Made by a program: the position numbers and the translations under genes
From: an uncultured delta proteobacterium
GTDB lineage: Bacteria > Desulfobacterota > Binatia > Binatales > Binataceae
NCBI GenBank assembly: GCA_963724765.1
Contig: CAVRVY010000001.1
Location: forward strand, 1 to 64,000
Reading direction: 5' to 3'
Length of the DNA stretch: 64,000 bases
Notes under the pieces: generated by a model
Told to the model about the DNA's origin: nothing
What the model saw: only the letters and a program-made list of their open reading frames with translations
Database searches by the model: none
Shown here: in pieces, positions 20,303 through 29,787 of the stretch
Layout of the letters: the number at the start of each line of letters is the position of its first letter
How positions within the stretch are numbered: position 1 is the first letter of the stretch

Positions 20303-20635
20303 CTATTGCGTCTGCCCTTCGCTCGCCGCCATCGCGATTCCGCCGTGGCTGAGCGCCGCGCCAGCGCGCATCTCGGCCGCCACGTAAATTGCCTCGGCGA
20401 TCTCCTCGTCGGTAGCGCCAAGCCGCTTAGCCCCTCGCACATGTCCGTCAATGCACCAGGGACATTGCGTGACATGCGCCACGGCAATCGCGATGAGGTT
20501 TTTGACCTTGCTCGACAGCGCGCCATCCTTGAACACCGCTTCGCTGAAGCTGGCGAAGGCCTGCGCGGTTTCGGGTTTCAGGTGCCGCAATTTCTGACGG
20601 TGCTTCGCCGCGTCTTTCACATAGAAATCAGCCAT
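20303..20635 (-). CDS. Carboxymuconolactone decarboxylase/AhpD-like protein
   Basis: GALSSKVKNLIAIAVAHVTQCPWCIDGH (CxxC). Confidence 0.9.
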   Translation of the reverse strand: MADFYVKDAAKHRQKLRHLKPETAQAFASFSEAVFKDGALSSKVKNLIAIAVAHVTQCPWCIDGHVRGAKRLGATDEEIAEAIYVAAEMRAGAALSHGGIAMAASEGQTQ

Positions 20636-21260
20636 GGTCGTCTCCTTTCGGGCCGTTGGTCTGATGGCCCGTCTGATTGAATTCGCCGCCGTTAACAGGC
20701 GACGCCGACAGCTCTGGACATTGCAGGGTAAAGTGAACGATTCCCGCGTCGTTCGCGTGATGAAGAATGCATCCGCTCTTGCGCAAGACCGCGAGCATTC
20801 GGCTGTTATCACCTAGAACGTCAGCTTCAAACTGTGTGATGCCGCTCTCGTGAGCGATGTGGCCGAGGTGCCGAATCAGCAATGGTCCGACTCCGGCGCC
20901 CTGGTATTCGTCGAGCACCGCCAGCGCTATCTCAGCCCGCGAGGGGACCTCCTTGCGGATGTAACGGCCAACTCCGATGAACCGCTCGCGGCCCTTCTGC
21001 CAAGAAGTCGCTGCGAGGCCGACGTGTCGGATGAAGTCGAGCTGGGTGAAACGTGCAAGGTCCTCGTCGGTCAGCTGCCGTTTGTAGCCGAAGAAGCGGA
21101 AGTAGCGCGTTTTCGCGCTGAGCCCAGCAAAGTGATCGAGCAGCCGCGCCTTGTCGTCGGACCGGATAGCACGTATTCGGATCGCGCTACCGTCGCGCAG
21201 GACCTCATCGACGGCATAACTACGAGCTTCGATCCGTCGCGGCATGATATCGGCAGCCAT
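20628..21260 (-). CDS. GNAT acetyltransferase (Pat-like domain)
   Basis: LRDGSAIRIRAIRSDD...LSAKTRYFRFF...EYQGAGVG...DNSRML. Confidence 0.88.
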   Translation of the reverse strand: MAADIMPRRIEARSYAVDEVLRDGSAIRIRAIRSDDKARLLDHFAGLSAKTRYFRFFGYKRQLTDEDLARFTQLDFIRHVGLAATSWQKGRERFIGVGRYIRKEVPSRAEIALAVLDEYQGAGVGPLLIRHLGHIAHESGITQFEADVLGDNSRMLAVLRKSGCILHHANDAGIVHFTLQCPELSASPVNGGEFNQTGHQTNGPKGDDHG

Positions 21261-21261
21261 T

Positions 21262-22152
21262 TCATCTCCCCGACGACACCATCGCGGTGCGCAACAAACC
21301 TGCTGGCGGCTGGGCGGCGGCTCGATCACGTCGAGCCGGATCAATCACGCAGGCCTTCTGAGCGGCCTGCTCGAACAAGTAGCCCGAGCCGCCCTGGCCC
21401 ACGATCGTGAGCAGGTCTCTGCCGCTCAACACGCGTATGCCGCCGAGGATGGCGATTCCGCGGTTGAAAAATGGCCGCGGCCAGAGGGGAGTGGTTGGCC
21501 CGGCCATCACGCGAACTCGTGCGGCTCGTGAAAGGCTCAAGAGCTCTTCGATCCCGCCTTCAACCAGCGTCGAACCTGATAGAATAACTACGCTCGCCGG
21601 CTCCAGGGCCTCTGCAGCGCGTTCGGGCGGCATCCACAGAGCCTGCTCTTCCGGCTTGAGCGCCTCGCGATGTTTGTCGATCACCTTGAGGCTTGAGACC
21701 CGGCCCTTGAGCTTCTTTATGAAGGGGATGAACGCCCCTACCATCACGACCCTATCGTCAGGCGTGATTTCGGCCGCATCCAGCGCATCAAGCCCTTCTC
21801 GAAGCACCCCCTCTGGCAGCCCGTGCCGCTCGATGGCTGCGGCGGAAAGCGCATTCAGTGTCGCGATGCCGAGTGCTCGTCTGAGAGCGCTCGGCGAAAG
21901 GGCATACTCCGCCGTCTCCCACGCCTTGACGCCGATGAGACGACCGGCCGGCGGCGCTCCCGCGGCGGTCTTCGGGCAGCATACCGTGTCGCTCAAGTCG
22001 CGCGGCGTGAAGGCGACTCCGACATCGCCAGTTGAGATTTCGACCGCCGTGTAGAACACCCCGACACGCGCGTCGCTTACCAGCAATTCATCGCTGAAGT
22101 TAAAACGTAAGTGCCCAAGCCATTCCGCTAGCAAATTCATGAGATGCCCCAC
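21262..22152 (-). CDS. DUF364 (putative metal-binding Rossmann-like) protein
   Basis: RALGIATLNALS...VVMVGAF...VILSGSTLV...GPTTPL. Confidence 0.8.
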   Translation of the reverse strand: MGHLMNLLAEWLGHLRFNFSDELLVSDARVGVFYTAVEISTGDVGVAFTPRDLSDTVCCPKTAAGAPPAGRLIGVKAWETAEYALSPSALRRALGIATLNALSAAAIERHGLPEGVLREGLDALDAAEITPDDRVVMVGAFIPFIKKLKGRVSSLKVIDKHREALKPEEQALWMPPERAAEALEPASVVILSGSTLVEGGIEELLSLSRAARVRVMAGPTTPLWPRPFFNRGIAILGGIRVLSGRDLLTIVGQGGSGYLFEQAAQKACVIDPARRDRAAAQPPAGLLRTAMVSSGR

Positions 22153-22676
22153 TGAACCGCAGCATCCGTCGGCAATGTGCTTGCCTTGCCCTCTCCGTAT
22201 ACGCGTTGCATACGGAGCCGAATTTCGTTCCCTATCCCGCGGCCTGCGTAGTGCCTGAGGACCGTCAGGTAGACCTGTTCGTCTCTTCGCAAATGCAGCC
22301 TGAGCACCGCATTCAGTTGCGCCAGCAGGAGTTCAAGCTCCCGACGGATCGTCCGGTGTTCCGAGTCTTGTGCGCTGTTAAGCCTTGCTGTCCTTAGGCA
22401 CTCATCGATCAGGCCAATTTGGCGCTCCACAAACTGATGATCGATGGCCATGGTTGCGGTCACACTCATGTCCTGCCCCGTGATGAGCGCGTCAACCAAC
22501 TGGTAAAGATGATGCTCTTCGCTATGCATGTGCGGTAAAAGTTTGTGCCGCAGAAATCCAATTAGCTGAAGGCTATGGGTTCCCTCTGCATCCGCCACGA
22601 CGGCGCCGCTCAGAGCATTGAGAGCGCGCAGAATCTCCTGATGATAGGCCTGAATTGTTTCAATCATCTGATTCAT
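22137..22676 (-). CDS. Hemerythrin-like (HHE) domain protein
   Basis: YHQEIL...LLPHMHSEEHHLY...DHQFV...HLRRDEQVY. Confidence 0.85.
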   Translation of the reverse strand: MNQMIETIQAYHQEILRALNALSGAVVADAEGTHSLQLIGFLRHKLLPHMHSEEHHLYQLVDALITGQDMSVTATMAIDHQFVERQIGLIDECLRTARLNSAQDSEHRTIRRELELLLAQLNAVLRLHLRRDEQVYLTVLRHYAGRGIGNEIRLRMQRVYGEGKASTLPTDAAVQWGIS

Positions 22677-22701
22677 GGCGCGATCTCCGCTCGGCCTCTA
22701 C

Positions 22702-23013
22702 TCAAGTCCAGCCCAGCTGACGCTTGCCCTTTTCGGAAATCATCTGGGGCGACCAGGGCGGATCCCAGACCAGTTCGACGCTTATGTTCTCGACTTCATC
22801 GTGCTGGCTCAGGATCGCCTCGCGCACCTCCTCGGTCAGATACGAATGCATGGGACAGGCCGGCGTCGTCATCGTCATCACGATGCGCACGTTGTCGCCC
22901 TGAATTTCCATGCTGTAGACGAGCCCGAGATCGACGATGTTGACCCCGACCTCGGGATCGTTGACCCCGCGCAAAGCCTGCAGGATGTCCTCTTCGCTCG
23001 CCATGGTTACCAT
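22702..23013 (-). CDS. DUF59/SufT-like metal-sulfur cluster assembly factor
   Basis: VNDPEVGVNIVDLGLVY...MTMTTPACP...LVWDPPWSP. Confidence 0.92.
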   Translation of the reverse strand: MVTMASEEDILQALRGVNDPEVGVNIVDLGLVYSMEIQGDNVRIVMTMTTPACPMHSYLTEEVREAILSQHDEVENISVELVWDPPWSPQMISEKGKRQLGWT

Positions 23014-23053
23014 CCCAGCTTGAAGCTCCGACATCACCGGGAGCAGCGGCGCT

Positions 23054-23779
23054 CTAGTGTCCGCTCCGCCGCCCGATCCGAACCCGCCAGACCTCCGGAC
23101 CCTGTTCGAGGTAATCCCACGAAAACTGACCGGTGTGCTCCGCCTCGAACTGGTAGTAGAGCGGCCGCGGGTCGTGGTCATTGGTCAGAATGAACGCCTC
23201 GCCCGGCTTGAGCCCCGTATAGGTGTCGAAGATGAGCGTATGACGCTCCCGCGGTACGACGTTGCGCACGTCCAATGGCCGATCGTCAGGCATGCTATTC
23301 TCCTTCTCGTAAGATTCGTGAATTGCTTCCAGGATTTGGCGCTGATGCGCATCGTCGAGTTGTCGTTCGATCAGTGGCAGGTAGACACGCTCTTCCTTGG
23401 CCAGATGAAGTTCCACAATCGCGTCCAGCCGGAGCGACAATTCCCGCAGGTCCCGCAGCAGCAGCGCTCGCTCGCTGTCACCCGCACTCTCGAGCCGATG
23501 CGTTACAAGCTCAATCTTCGCGACGTAGTCGTTGATAAATTCGTGATCGACCATCATGGTCGTCGTCGCCTTGCCGTGTTCCCGAACGAGCGTATCGACG
23601 ACGCCGTAGAGGTGGCGCTCCTCGCCGCGCGCATGAGGCAGCAGATCGCCCTTCAGAAACGCCACGAACGCATCGCGCTCGGTCTGTGGCTCGCCACCCC
23701 CTACCCCTCGCGCATGCGCCTCCAGAGTCCTGGCCAAAGATCGATGATGCTTTCGGATTGCGTCGGAGAGAGTGCTCAT
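23054..23779 (-). CDS. Hemerythrin-like + DUF2249 fusion
   Basis: HHRSL...HARGEERHLY...DHEFI...HLAKEERVY, then LDVRNVVPRERH...NDHDPRPLYYQF...GPEVWRVRIG. Confidence 0.9.
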   Translation of the reverse strand: MSTLSDAIRKHHRSLARTLEAHARGVGGGEPQTERDAFVAFLKGDLLPHARGEERHLYGVVDTLVREHGKATTTMMVDHEFINDYVAKIELVTHRLESAGDSERALLLRDLRELSLRLDAIVELHLAKEERVYLPLIERQLDDAHQRQILEAIHESYEKENSMPDDRPLDVRNVVPRERHTLIFDTYTGLKPGEAFILTNDHDPRPLYYQFEAEHTGQFSWDYLEQGPEVWRVRIGRRSGH

Positions 23780-23846
23780 GACCACGTTTCCTTTTCCGGC
23801 CTTGGCGCGCCAGGCTCAACTAGCGCGCTTGACGGAACGGCTCCTT

Positions 23847-23869
23847 AAGATGTATTGAATATACATCTT
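23847..23869. promoter_or_regulatory. NsrR box in divergent promoter region
   Basis: AAGATGTATTG-A-ATATACATCTT, flanked by TTGACG (+, 23829) and TTGACC (-, 23885). Confidence 0.85.
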
Positions 23870-23890
23870 CTACAACGGTGGTCAAGAGCA

Positions 23891-24633
23891 ATGCCTCCAA
23901 GAAAACGATCAAGCGGCACGGTCGGCTTAGCAGGAGCGATCCGCGAACGTCCGGTCCTCGATTTGGGAGGACTCTCCGAGCGCGAACGCGCACGTGCGCT
24001 GGAGGCCTTTGAATGTCTCGCACCCGGCGACTACTTTGAGGTTGCGGCCCGCCGGAAGCCGGGGCCACTTTTCTTCGAATTGCAGAATCGCTACGGCCTC
24101 GACTTTTACTGGTGGCCGCTCGAAGCGCGGCCCGCTCGTATGGCGGGTGATGCTGGCCAAGCCCGCGCAGGGAGCACAACGGACGGTCGCAAGTGTCATG
24201 GGTGCCGATCATCACCGCCTGCACGAGCTTTGGCGTGAGTTCGAGTTTGCGGTAGGGCTCTGTCAGATTGACAGCGTCCACCGCCGTTTGGGCGAATTGT
24301 CATTGGGACTGAGGCGCTACATCGACATCGAGGAAGCCGTGCTGTTTCCCCTGCTCGAAGCGCAAACGGGAATGGATGGCGGCGGCCCGACGGCCGCAAT
24401 GCGGTCAGAACACCGCGAGATCGAGCGCGTGGTGGATCAACTCGATAGAGCTCCGCCTGACGAGGGACTGCGCTATAATCCTGCAAACGTTCGACCAGCC
24501 GGTTGAGCCGATGGCGCTTTTCCGGAGTCACTACCTCAAGGAGGAAGCAGTTCTGTATCCCCTTATGGACATGGTCTTCAGCCACGCCGAAGAGAGGGAA
24601 CTTTTGCCGCTTATCCAGGCCTTTGAAATCTAG
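23891..24633 (+). pseudogene. DUF2249 + hemerythrin-like fusion with two frameshifts
   Basis: VLDLGGLSERER...PLFFELQ / GPLVWRVML...DHHRL...IEEAVLFP...EHREI / HYLKEEAVLYP across three frames. Confidence 0.8.
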
Positions 24634-24638
24634 CCGCG

Positions 24639-25127
24639 ATGCAGCTCACCTATTACACCGATTATTCCCTGCGGGTCCTGATGTATCTCGCCATTCAGCG
24701 CAACCGAATCGCCAACATCTCGGAAATCGCCGAGCGTTACGACATCTCGCGCAACCATCTCGTCAAGGTCGTGCACAACCTTTCTCGCGGCGGATTCATC
24801 AAAAGCTATCGCGGCAAGGGCGGTGGCATCGAGCTGGCGCGCGATCCGAGCCACATCAATATCGGCGAGGTTGTCCGCTACACCGAGGGGCCGCTTAAGC
24901 CCGTCGAGTGCTTCGATGTCGAACGGAATCGCTGCGTCATCACGAATGTCTGCGGCCTGGCGGACGTGATCGCCGAGGCCTGCGACAGTTTCTTCGCGAC
25001 CCTCGGTCGCTACACGCTGGCCGATCTCGTCAAGCGCCGTGAGCGCCTGAGCAAAGTACTCGACCCCGCGTCCAAGCCTCAACTGAACCGGAGCATCAAG
25101 CCGCTGGCTTGTCTTCGAAGGGCGTAG
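24639..25127 (+). CDS. nsrR: Rrf2-family NO-sensing repressor NsrR
   Basis: MQLTYYTDYSLRVLMYLA, ISRNHLVKVV, RGKGGG and three Cys ligands (ECF...NRCVITNVC). Confidence 0.88.
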   Translation: MQLTYYTDYSLRVLMYLAIQRNRIANISEIAERYDISRNHLVKVVHNLSRGGFIKSYRGKGGGIELARDPSHINIGEVVRYTEGPLKPVECFDVERNRCVITNVCGLADVIAEACDSFFATLGRYTLADLVKRRERLSKVLDPASKPQLNRSIKPLACLRRA

Positions 25128-25349
25128 AACCCGAGAAGGTCAATGCCGGCCATGACAATGCCTCTGCCAGGATGTAAGAGCGACGACAGCTGAGTTGCCG
25201 CCCAAATGACCGCCCCGCTCGGCATCGTAGCGATCAGGAGTTGGCGAGGAGGTTCCGAGGAAAGAGCCCAGTTTTTTCGAGCGTGGTTGAGATGATTCCG
25301 AGTTGCGGACATTAGCGGAAACGGTAAAGATGCCCGCAGCTGTCAGATT

Positions 25350-25990
25350 TTGGGGGGGGGTGACGCGGTGGGAAAATCAAATCAGCATCATCGCCAAAAC
25401 AAAATCCCTGGCTGGCAAAAAGCTGGCGGATGGTCCAAGGCGGCTCCACCACAGTTGAATGTGCTCAGAGAAGTCGTCGTCGCGCCGGGACGTGCCATGA
25501 AGGCCACAGAGGTCTTCGACACGTACTGGCGATTCGCCGCTCTGCGGCAGCGCCTCTTCATGCGCAGAGTTGCAAGGAGCCTTCCTCCGTGGACAGACGA
25601 CCCCGTGTTATCAAGTTATCGGTTCACCAACGTCTATCGTGCCACCGACCGCGTCAGCCAGTATCTGATTCGAAATGTTCTCTATCGAGGTGAGCAAACG
25701 GGAGAGGAGATGTTTTTCCGAGCCATCCTCTTTAAGTTCTTCAACCGGATCGAGACGTGGGAACGCCTCGAGGCGAAGACGGGCCCGATAACTTGGAGGG
25801 GATTTGATTTCGACCGGTACGCGATGGCCCTCGACGCAATTGCCGAACATCAAGGCCCGATTTACTCCGCTGCCTACATCATGCCCTCGCCCGCGTTCGG
25901 TTATCGCCGCAAACACCTCAACCATTTGCGGCTGTTGGAACGCATGATGCTCGACGGTGCACCCTTCCGTGTAGAGAGAGCCCACTCACT
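25350..25990 (+). pseudogene. Truncated 5-hmdU DNA kinase helical / alpha-glutamyl-putrescinyl thymine pyrophosphorylase-like protein
   Basis: FDTYWRFAALRQ...PPWTDDPVLSSYRFTNVYRATDRVSQYLI...LFKFFNRIETW...IYSAAYIM; ends abruptly. Confidence 0.75.
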
Positions 25991-26149
25991 AATCTAGCTA
26001 TGGACGTGGTTAAACGTGTGCCGAGGCTTCAGGCTATCGGGGCTCACGCAACACATTGGCTTAAAGACCAGATTTACGAGCATCTTCAGTACGCTTATGA
26101 GAATGGAATCGACAGACCGGAAATCACCAAATGGAAGTGGCCATACTAA
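25991..26149 (+). pseudogene. xfp: C-terminal fragment of phosphoketolase
   Basis: Manual translation NLAMDVVKRVPRLQAIGAHATHWLKDQIYEHLQYAYENGIDRPEITKWKWPY*. Confidence 0.8.
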
Positions 26150-26253
26150 CTCGACAGCTAGGCTTCGCCTTAAGATGGGTTCACCTTTGCACGTAGGTGA
26201 AGCGCAATTTACTTGGCCACCAAGCGTGAAAGCCACAGGAGGATCGTCGCCAC

Positions 26254-27039
26254 ATGGCTGAAGTAATGCCCGCGATCTTTTTTGGGCACGGCAATCCGAT
26301 GAATGCCGTGTTAAGCAACGGCTATACCGAAGGATGGCGCCGTATGGGGAAGCAGATAAGGCGGCCCAGGGCCATCTTGTCAGTTTCCGCGCACTGGTTT
26401 GTGCCAGAAACGAGCGTCACGATCAGCATGGCGCCGCGGACCATTCACGATTTCGGTGGCTTTCCGCGTGAGCTATATCGGGTGCAATACCCCGCACCGG
26501 GCGATCCGGAACTCGCCCGTCGGGTGCACGAGATGCTGGCACCTTTGGAGGTCAAGCTCGACAGCTCGTGGGGACTCGATCATGGGACTTGGGCCGTGCT
26601 CCGGCATGTTTATCCGAATGCCGATGTTCCTGTCGTCCAACTCAGTATCGACGAAAGACAGCCTGCGTCGTTTCATTTCGAGATCGGCCGGAAGCTGGCA
26701 CCTTTGCGGAGCGAACGCATCTTGATTGTCGGTAGCGGGAACTTGGTCCACAATCTCCACGCTTATGCATGGGGGCAGCACATGCCTGATCCGTACGATT
26801 GGGCAATTCGTTTCGAAAAGCAGGCGAAGGAGATGATGGTCGCCGGTCAATACAAACAGCTTATCGATTACGAGACCCTGGGCCCGGACGCAATGTTGTC
26901 CATTCCGACCCCGGATCACTATATGCCTTTGCTCTATGTGCTAGGGACTAGGCGGCCCGGCGAAGCCATCACCTTTCCAATCGAAGGCGTCGACGGAGGG
27001 TCCATATCGATGCTAGCTGCGCTGGTAGGCGGCGCGTGA
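26254..27039 (+). CDS. ygiD: 4,5-DOPA extradiol dioxygenase family
   Basis: FFGHGNPMN, SAHW, WGLDHGTW, GSGNLVHNL, PTPDHY. Confidence 0.93.
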   Translation: MAEVMPAIFFGHGNPMNAVLSNGYTEGWRRMGKQIRRPRAILSVSAHWFVPETSVTISMAPRTIHDFGGFPRELYRVQYPAPGDPELARRVHEMLAPLEVKLDSSWGLDHGTWAVLRHVYPNADVPVVQLSIDERQPASFHFEIGRKLAPLRSERILIVGSGNLVHNLHAYAWGQHMPDPYDWAIRFEKQAKEMMVAGQYKQLIDYETLGPDAMLSIPTPDHYMPLLYVLGTRRPGEAITFPIEGVDGGSISMLAALVGGA

Positions 27040-27067
27040 TCGCAAACTTCGAGTCAGGATCGCTAGT

Positions 27068-28261
27068 TCACGCATGTCCAGTTTCTTGAGAGTCGCGAAA
27101 GACTAGTTTATGAGTATGCCGCGCGATCATTAAGTCTTCGTTGGTTGGTATGACACGAACCAAACGACGGCTGTCGCGAGCGCTAATCAGATCGGCACTA
27201 GCATCGTTTCGCTGACTATCGAGCGAAATGCCCAAGTACTCGAGACCACGACAAATCTCCCAGCGCACCGGAGCAGCATGTTCACCAATGCCGCCAGTGA
27301 AAACCAGAAGATCCAGCCCGCCGAGCACGGTCGTCAGCGCGCCGATCTGCTTGCGCGCGTGATAACAGAACATTTCTACTGCCTGCGTCGCATCCGGTTC
27401 GGAGCGCCTCCGCTCCAATAGCGTCTCCATGTTGGAACTTGTGCCTGAAACACCGAGCAACCCAGAGTGGCCGTTTACAAGACGTTCCAGCTTGCTTGAG
27501 TCGAGTTTCTTTTGGTTCAGCAAAAATAGAATCGCACCGGGGTCGAGGTCGCCGCTTCGCGTTCCCATCATAAAGCCGCCCGTGGGCGAGAATCCCATCG
27601 TAGTCTCCAGCGGCCGACCATCGCGCACGGCGACCATACTCGCTCCATTGCCAAGGTGTGCGATTATGATACGCGAGGGCGCGTCATGGCCCAGCGACTG
27701 CATGATGTATTCGTAGGAAATCCCGTGAAAGCCAAAGCGTCGCAACCCTTGGTCCCATAGAGCACGAGGCACCGGAAAACGCCGGGCCACTTCAGGCATC
27801 GCATGGTGGAAGGCAGTGTCAAAGCATGCGACCTGCGGCAGACTGGGATAGTGGGCGGTTGTTTCCTCGATTCCCCGGATTTCATCCGGGAGATGCAGTG
27901 GCGCAAAAGGAATCAAACGCTTGAGTTCCGATGTCACGGGCGCAGTGATTCGCTCTGGGGCGAAATGATCTGGCCCTCCGTTCACCAATCGATGACCCGC
28001 CGCGTCAGGAGATGGCAGCTTGAGCTCTGTAAGTGCTTTGAAGATTTTTTGAAGTGGCGCTTTCGGATAAGGAAAGTTCGACTTCGCGGACAGGATCTTT
28101 TTCTTTCCGTCGCGGACCTGAATCCTGGCCCTTCGGGTGCCGATGCGCTCTATTTCGCCGTCCGCAAGAAGAACCTCGGCTTTATCCGTGATCCGATAGA
28201 GGGAGAATTTCCGCGTCGAAGAGCCGCTATTCAGGGACAGTATGATAGGAGCTGCCTTCAC
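27068..28261 (-). CDS. ackA: Acetate/propionate kinase
   Basis: LNSGSST, FDTAFH, RRFGFHGISY, HLGNGAS, MGTRSGDLDP, FTGGIGE. Confidence 0.93.
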   Translation of the reverse strand: MKAAPIILSLNSGSSTRKFSLYRITDKAEVLLADGEIERIGTRRARIQVRDGKKKILSAKSNFPYPKAPLQKIFKALTELKLPSPDAAGHRLVNGGPDHFAPERITAPVTSELKRLIPFAPLHLPDEIRGIEETTAHYPSLPQVACFDTAFHHAMPEVARRFPVPRALWDQGLRRFGFHGISYEYIMQSLGHDAPSRIIIAHLGNGASMVAVRDGRPLETTMGFSPTGGFMMGTRSGDLDPGAILFLLNQKKLDSSKLERLVNGHSGLLGVSGTSSNMETLLERRRSEPDATQAVEMFCYHARKQIGALTTVLGGLDLLVFTGGIGEHAAPVRWEICRGLEYLGISLDSQRNDASADLISARDSRRLVRVIPTNEDLMIARHTHKLVFRDSQETGHA

Positions 28262-28356
28262 GGCTTTGAGTCCTCGGAAATGCGCGTCCACGCATGCGCT
28301 GGACGATTTCTGAGTACCTGTTCCTAGTCAGAAGCAACCTTCTACTCGGACATCGT

Positions 28357-29067
28357 CTAAGACGCGGAAGGTATACGCACGCCGACCTCGTCGAGATGAT
28401 CCAACAAGTCTGCCGGGTCGTTGTACACGCGGTAGGCTCCTGCGCGCTCAAGCTCGTCTTGTCCGTACCCACCAGACAGAAGACCGACTCCGAGTGCCCT
28501 CGCGCGCCGAGCGGCCAGCTGGTCCCAAACGCTATCGCCGACGACGATAGAAGACTCGATGTCCACGCCAAGTCGCTCCGCTGCCGCTAGGAAAAGATCG
28601 GGGTCGGGCTTTGCGAACCGTACCTGATCTCTCGTAATAATGATGACGTTAGGATCGAGAGAAAGCAGATCGAGAGTCGGTCGGGCAGACTCCATGCGGC
28701 CGCTGGTGGCGATAGCCCACGGTACGGCGAGGTCCGTGAGTTTCTTAAGCAACTCGCGCGTTCCGGGTAGTGGCCGAACCTGCGAAACGTGGCGAAGGTA
28801 TTCATGCATATGAACGCTCTGGAGTTTTTCAGCCTGTTCCGCATCGATTGCTCGACCTGTCTCGCGCGATAATGCGTTGATCATCAATCCTCCGCTCATA
28901 CCCATTCTTCGGTGAATCCGCCATACAGAGAGATCGATGTTTGCCTGCTCCAAAGCGGCACGCCAAGCGAGAACATGCTGATAAACGCTGTCAACTAAGG
29001 TCCCGTCCAGATCGAATATAAGAGCCGGTCGCGCACTCAGGGCTGTGACTTTGCGTTCAGTTTCCAT
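28357..29067 (-). CDS. HAD-superfamily hydrolase
   Basis: FDLDGTLVDS, AKPDPD, VGDSVWD. Confidence 0.92.
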   Translation of the reverse strand: METERKVTALSARPALIFDLDGTLVDSVYQHVLAWRAALEQANIDLSVWRIHRRMGMSGGLMINALSRETGRAIDAEQAEKLQSVHMHEYLRHVSQVRPLPGTRELLKKLTDLAVPWAIATSGRMESARPTLDLLSLDPNVIIITRDQVRFAKPDPDLFLAAAERLGVDIESSIVVGDSVWDQLAARRARALGVGLLSGGYGQDELERAGAYRVYNDPADLLDHLDEVGVRIPSAS

Positions 29068-29787
29068 CGTCGTTTCTCGCTTTTTTGAAGTTGTAACCCT
29101 AAATTCCTCAGCCGAGCAAGTCGGCCCAGAAACGGGTACCGGCGTGTCCGGCAAATAGCGATGGTTTTCGTCATTGCAACCTTTCCGAGAGATCAGTGAC
29201 CACATGCGGTGGCCGCCCTGTCGGAGAAAGGGTCTGCTCCCGCCGGGGCTCCGGACTCTCGGTCGCTGCGACTTGTTTGGTCAAAGTTCGGCCTGCGCTG
29301 CGTGCCCTCGCGGGTAGTGGCAATTTTAAATCTGCTCCAATGGACGGTGACGAGGTCAGACTGGTGCGAAAACCTTCGCACAAAACAAGAACGTCTATTG
29401 CGGCATTTTGGATATGCGGTATTTGTCCTCATGCGTGGATCTGAGGTAGCGTCACCGACAGCCCCGAAGGCTGATTCTGACGAGCCGGACCCAAACAACT
29501 GACGCTGTTCGTCGGAGTGGGCGAATGACAAAGGAGAAGCAGATGTGCCAACATTGCGCTGATGGCTTAGATCACGGCCTGGCTCGACGCACGCGGGTGT
29601 CGCAGGTCCTGGCGATTATTGAGTATCGAGCGCGCTTCCAGCGCCGGCGGCATTACGCATAGGTAAAGAACTCCTAACATGGATCGCGGAAGACGAGCCC
29701 ACCCACCGATGTGATCAGGTCGTCCGATGCAATCATGTCGTCGCAGCTGAAGCCCCGACAGAAGCGGCGGCCTGACAGGAGAGGGTC

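Noticed and set aside
25352-25360. G9 tract as a phase-variation switch
   Set aside because: The downstream gene is truncated, and homopolymer length is unreliable in this assembly.
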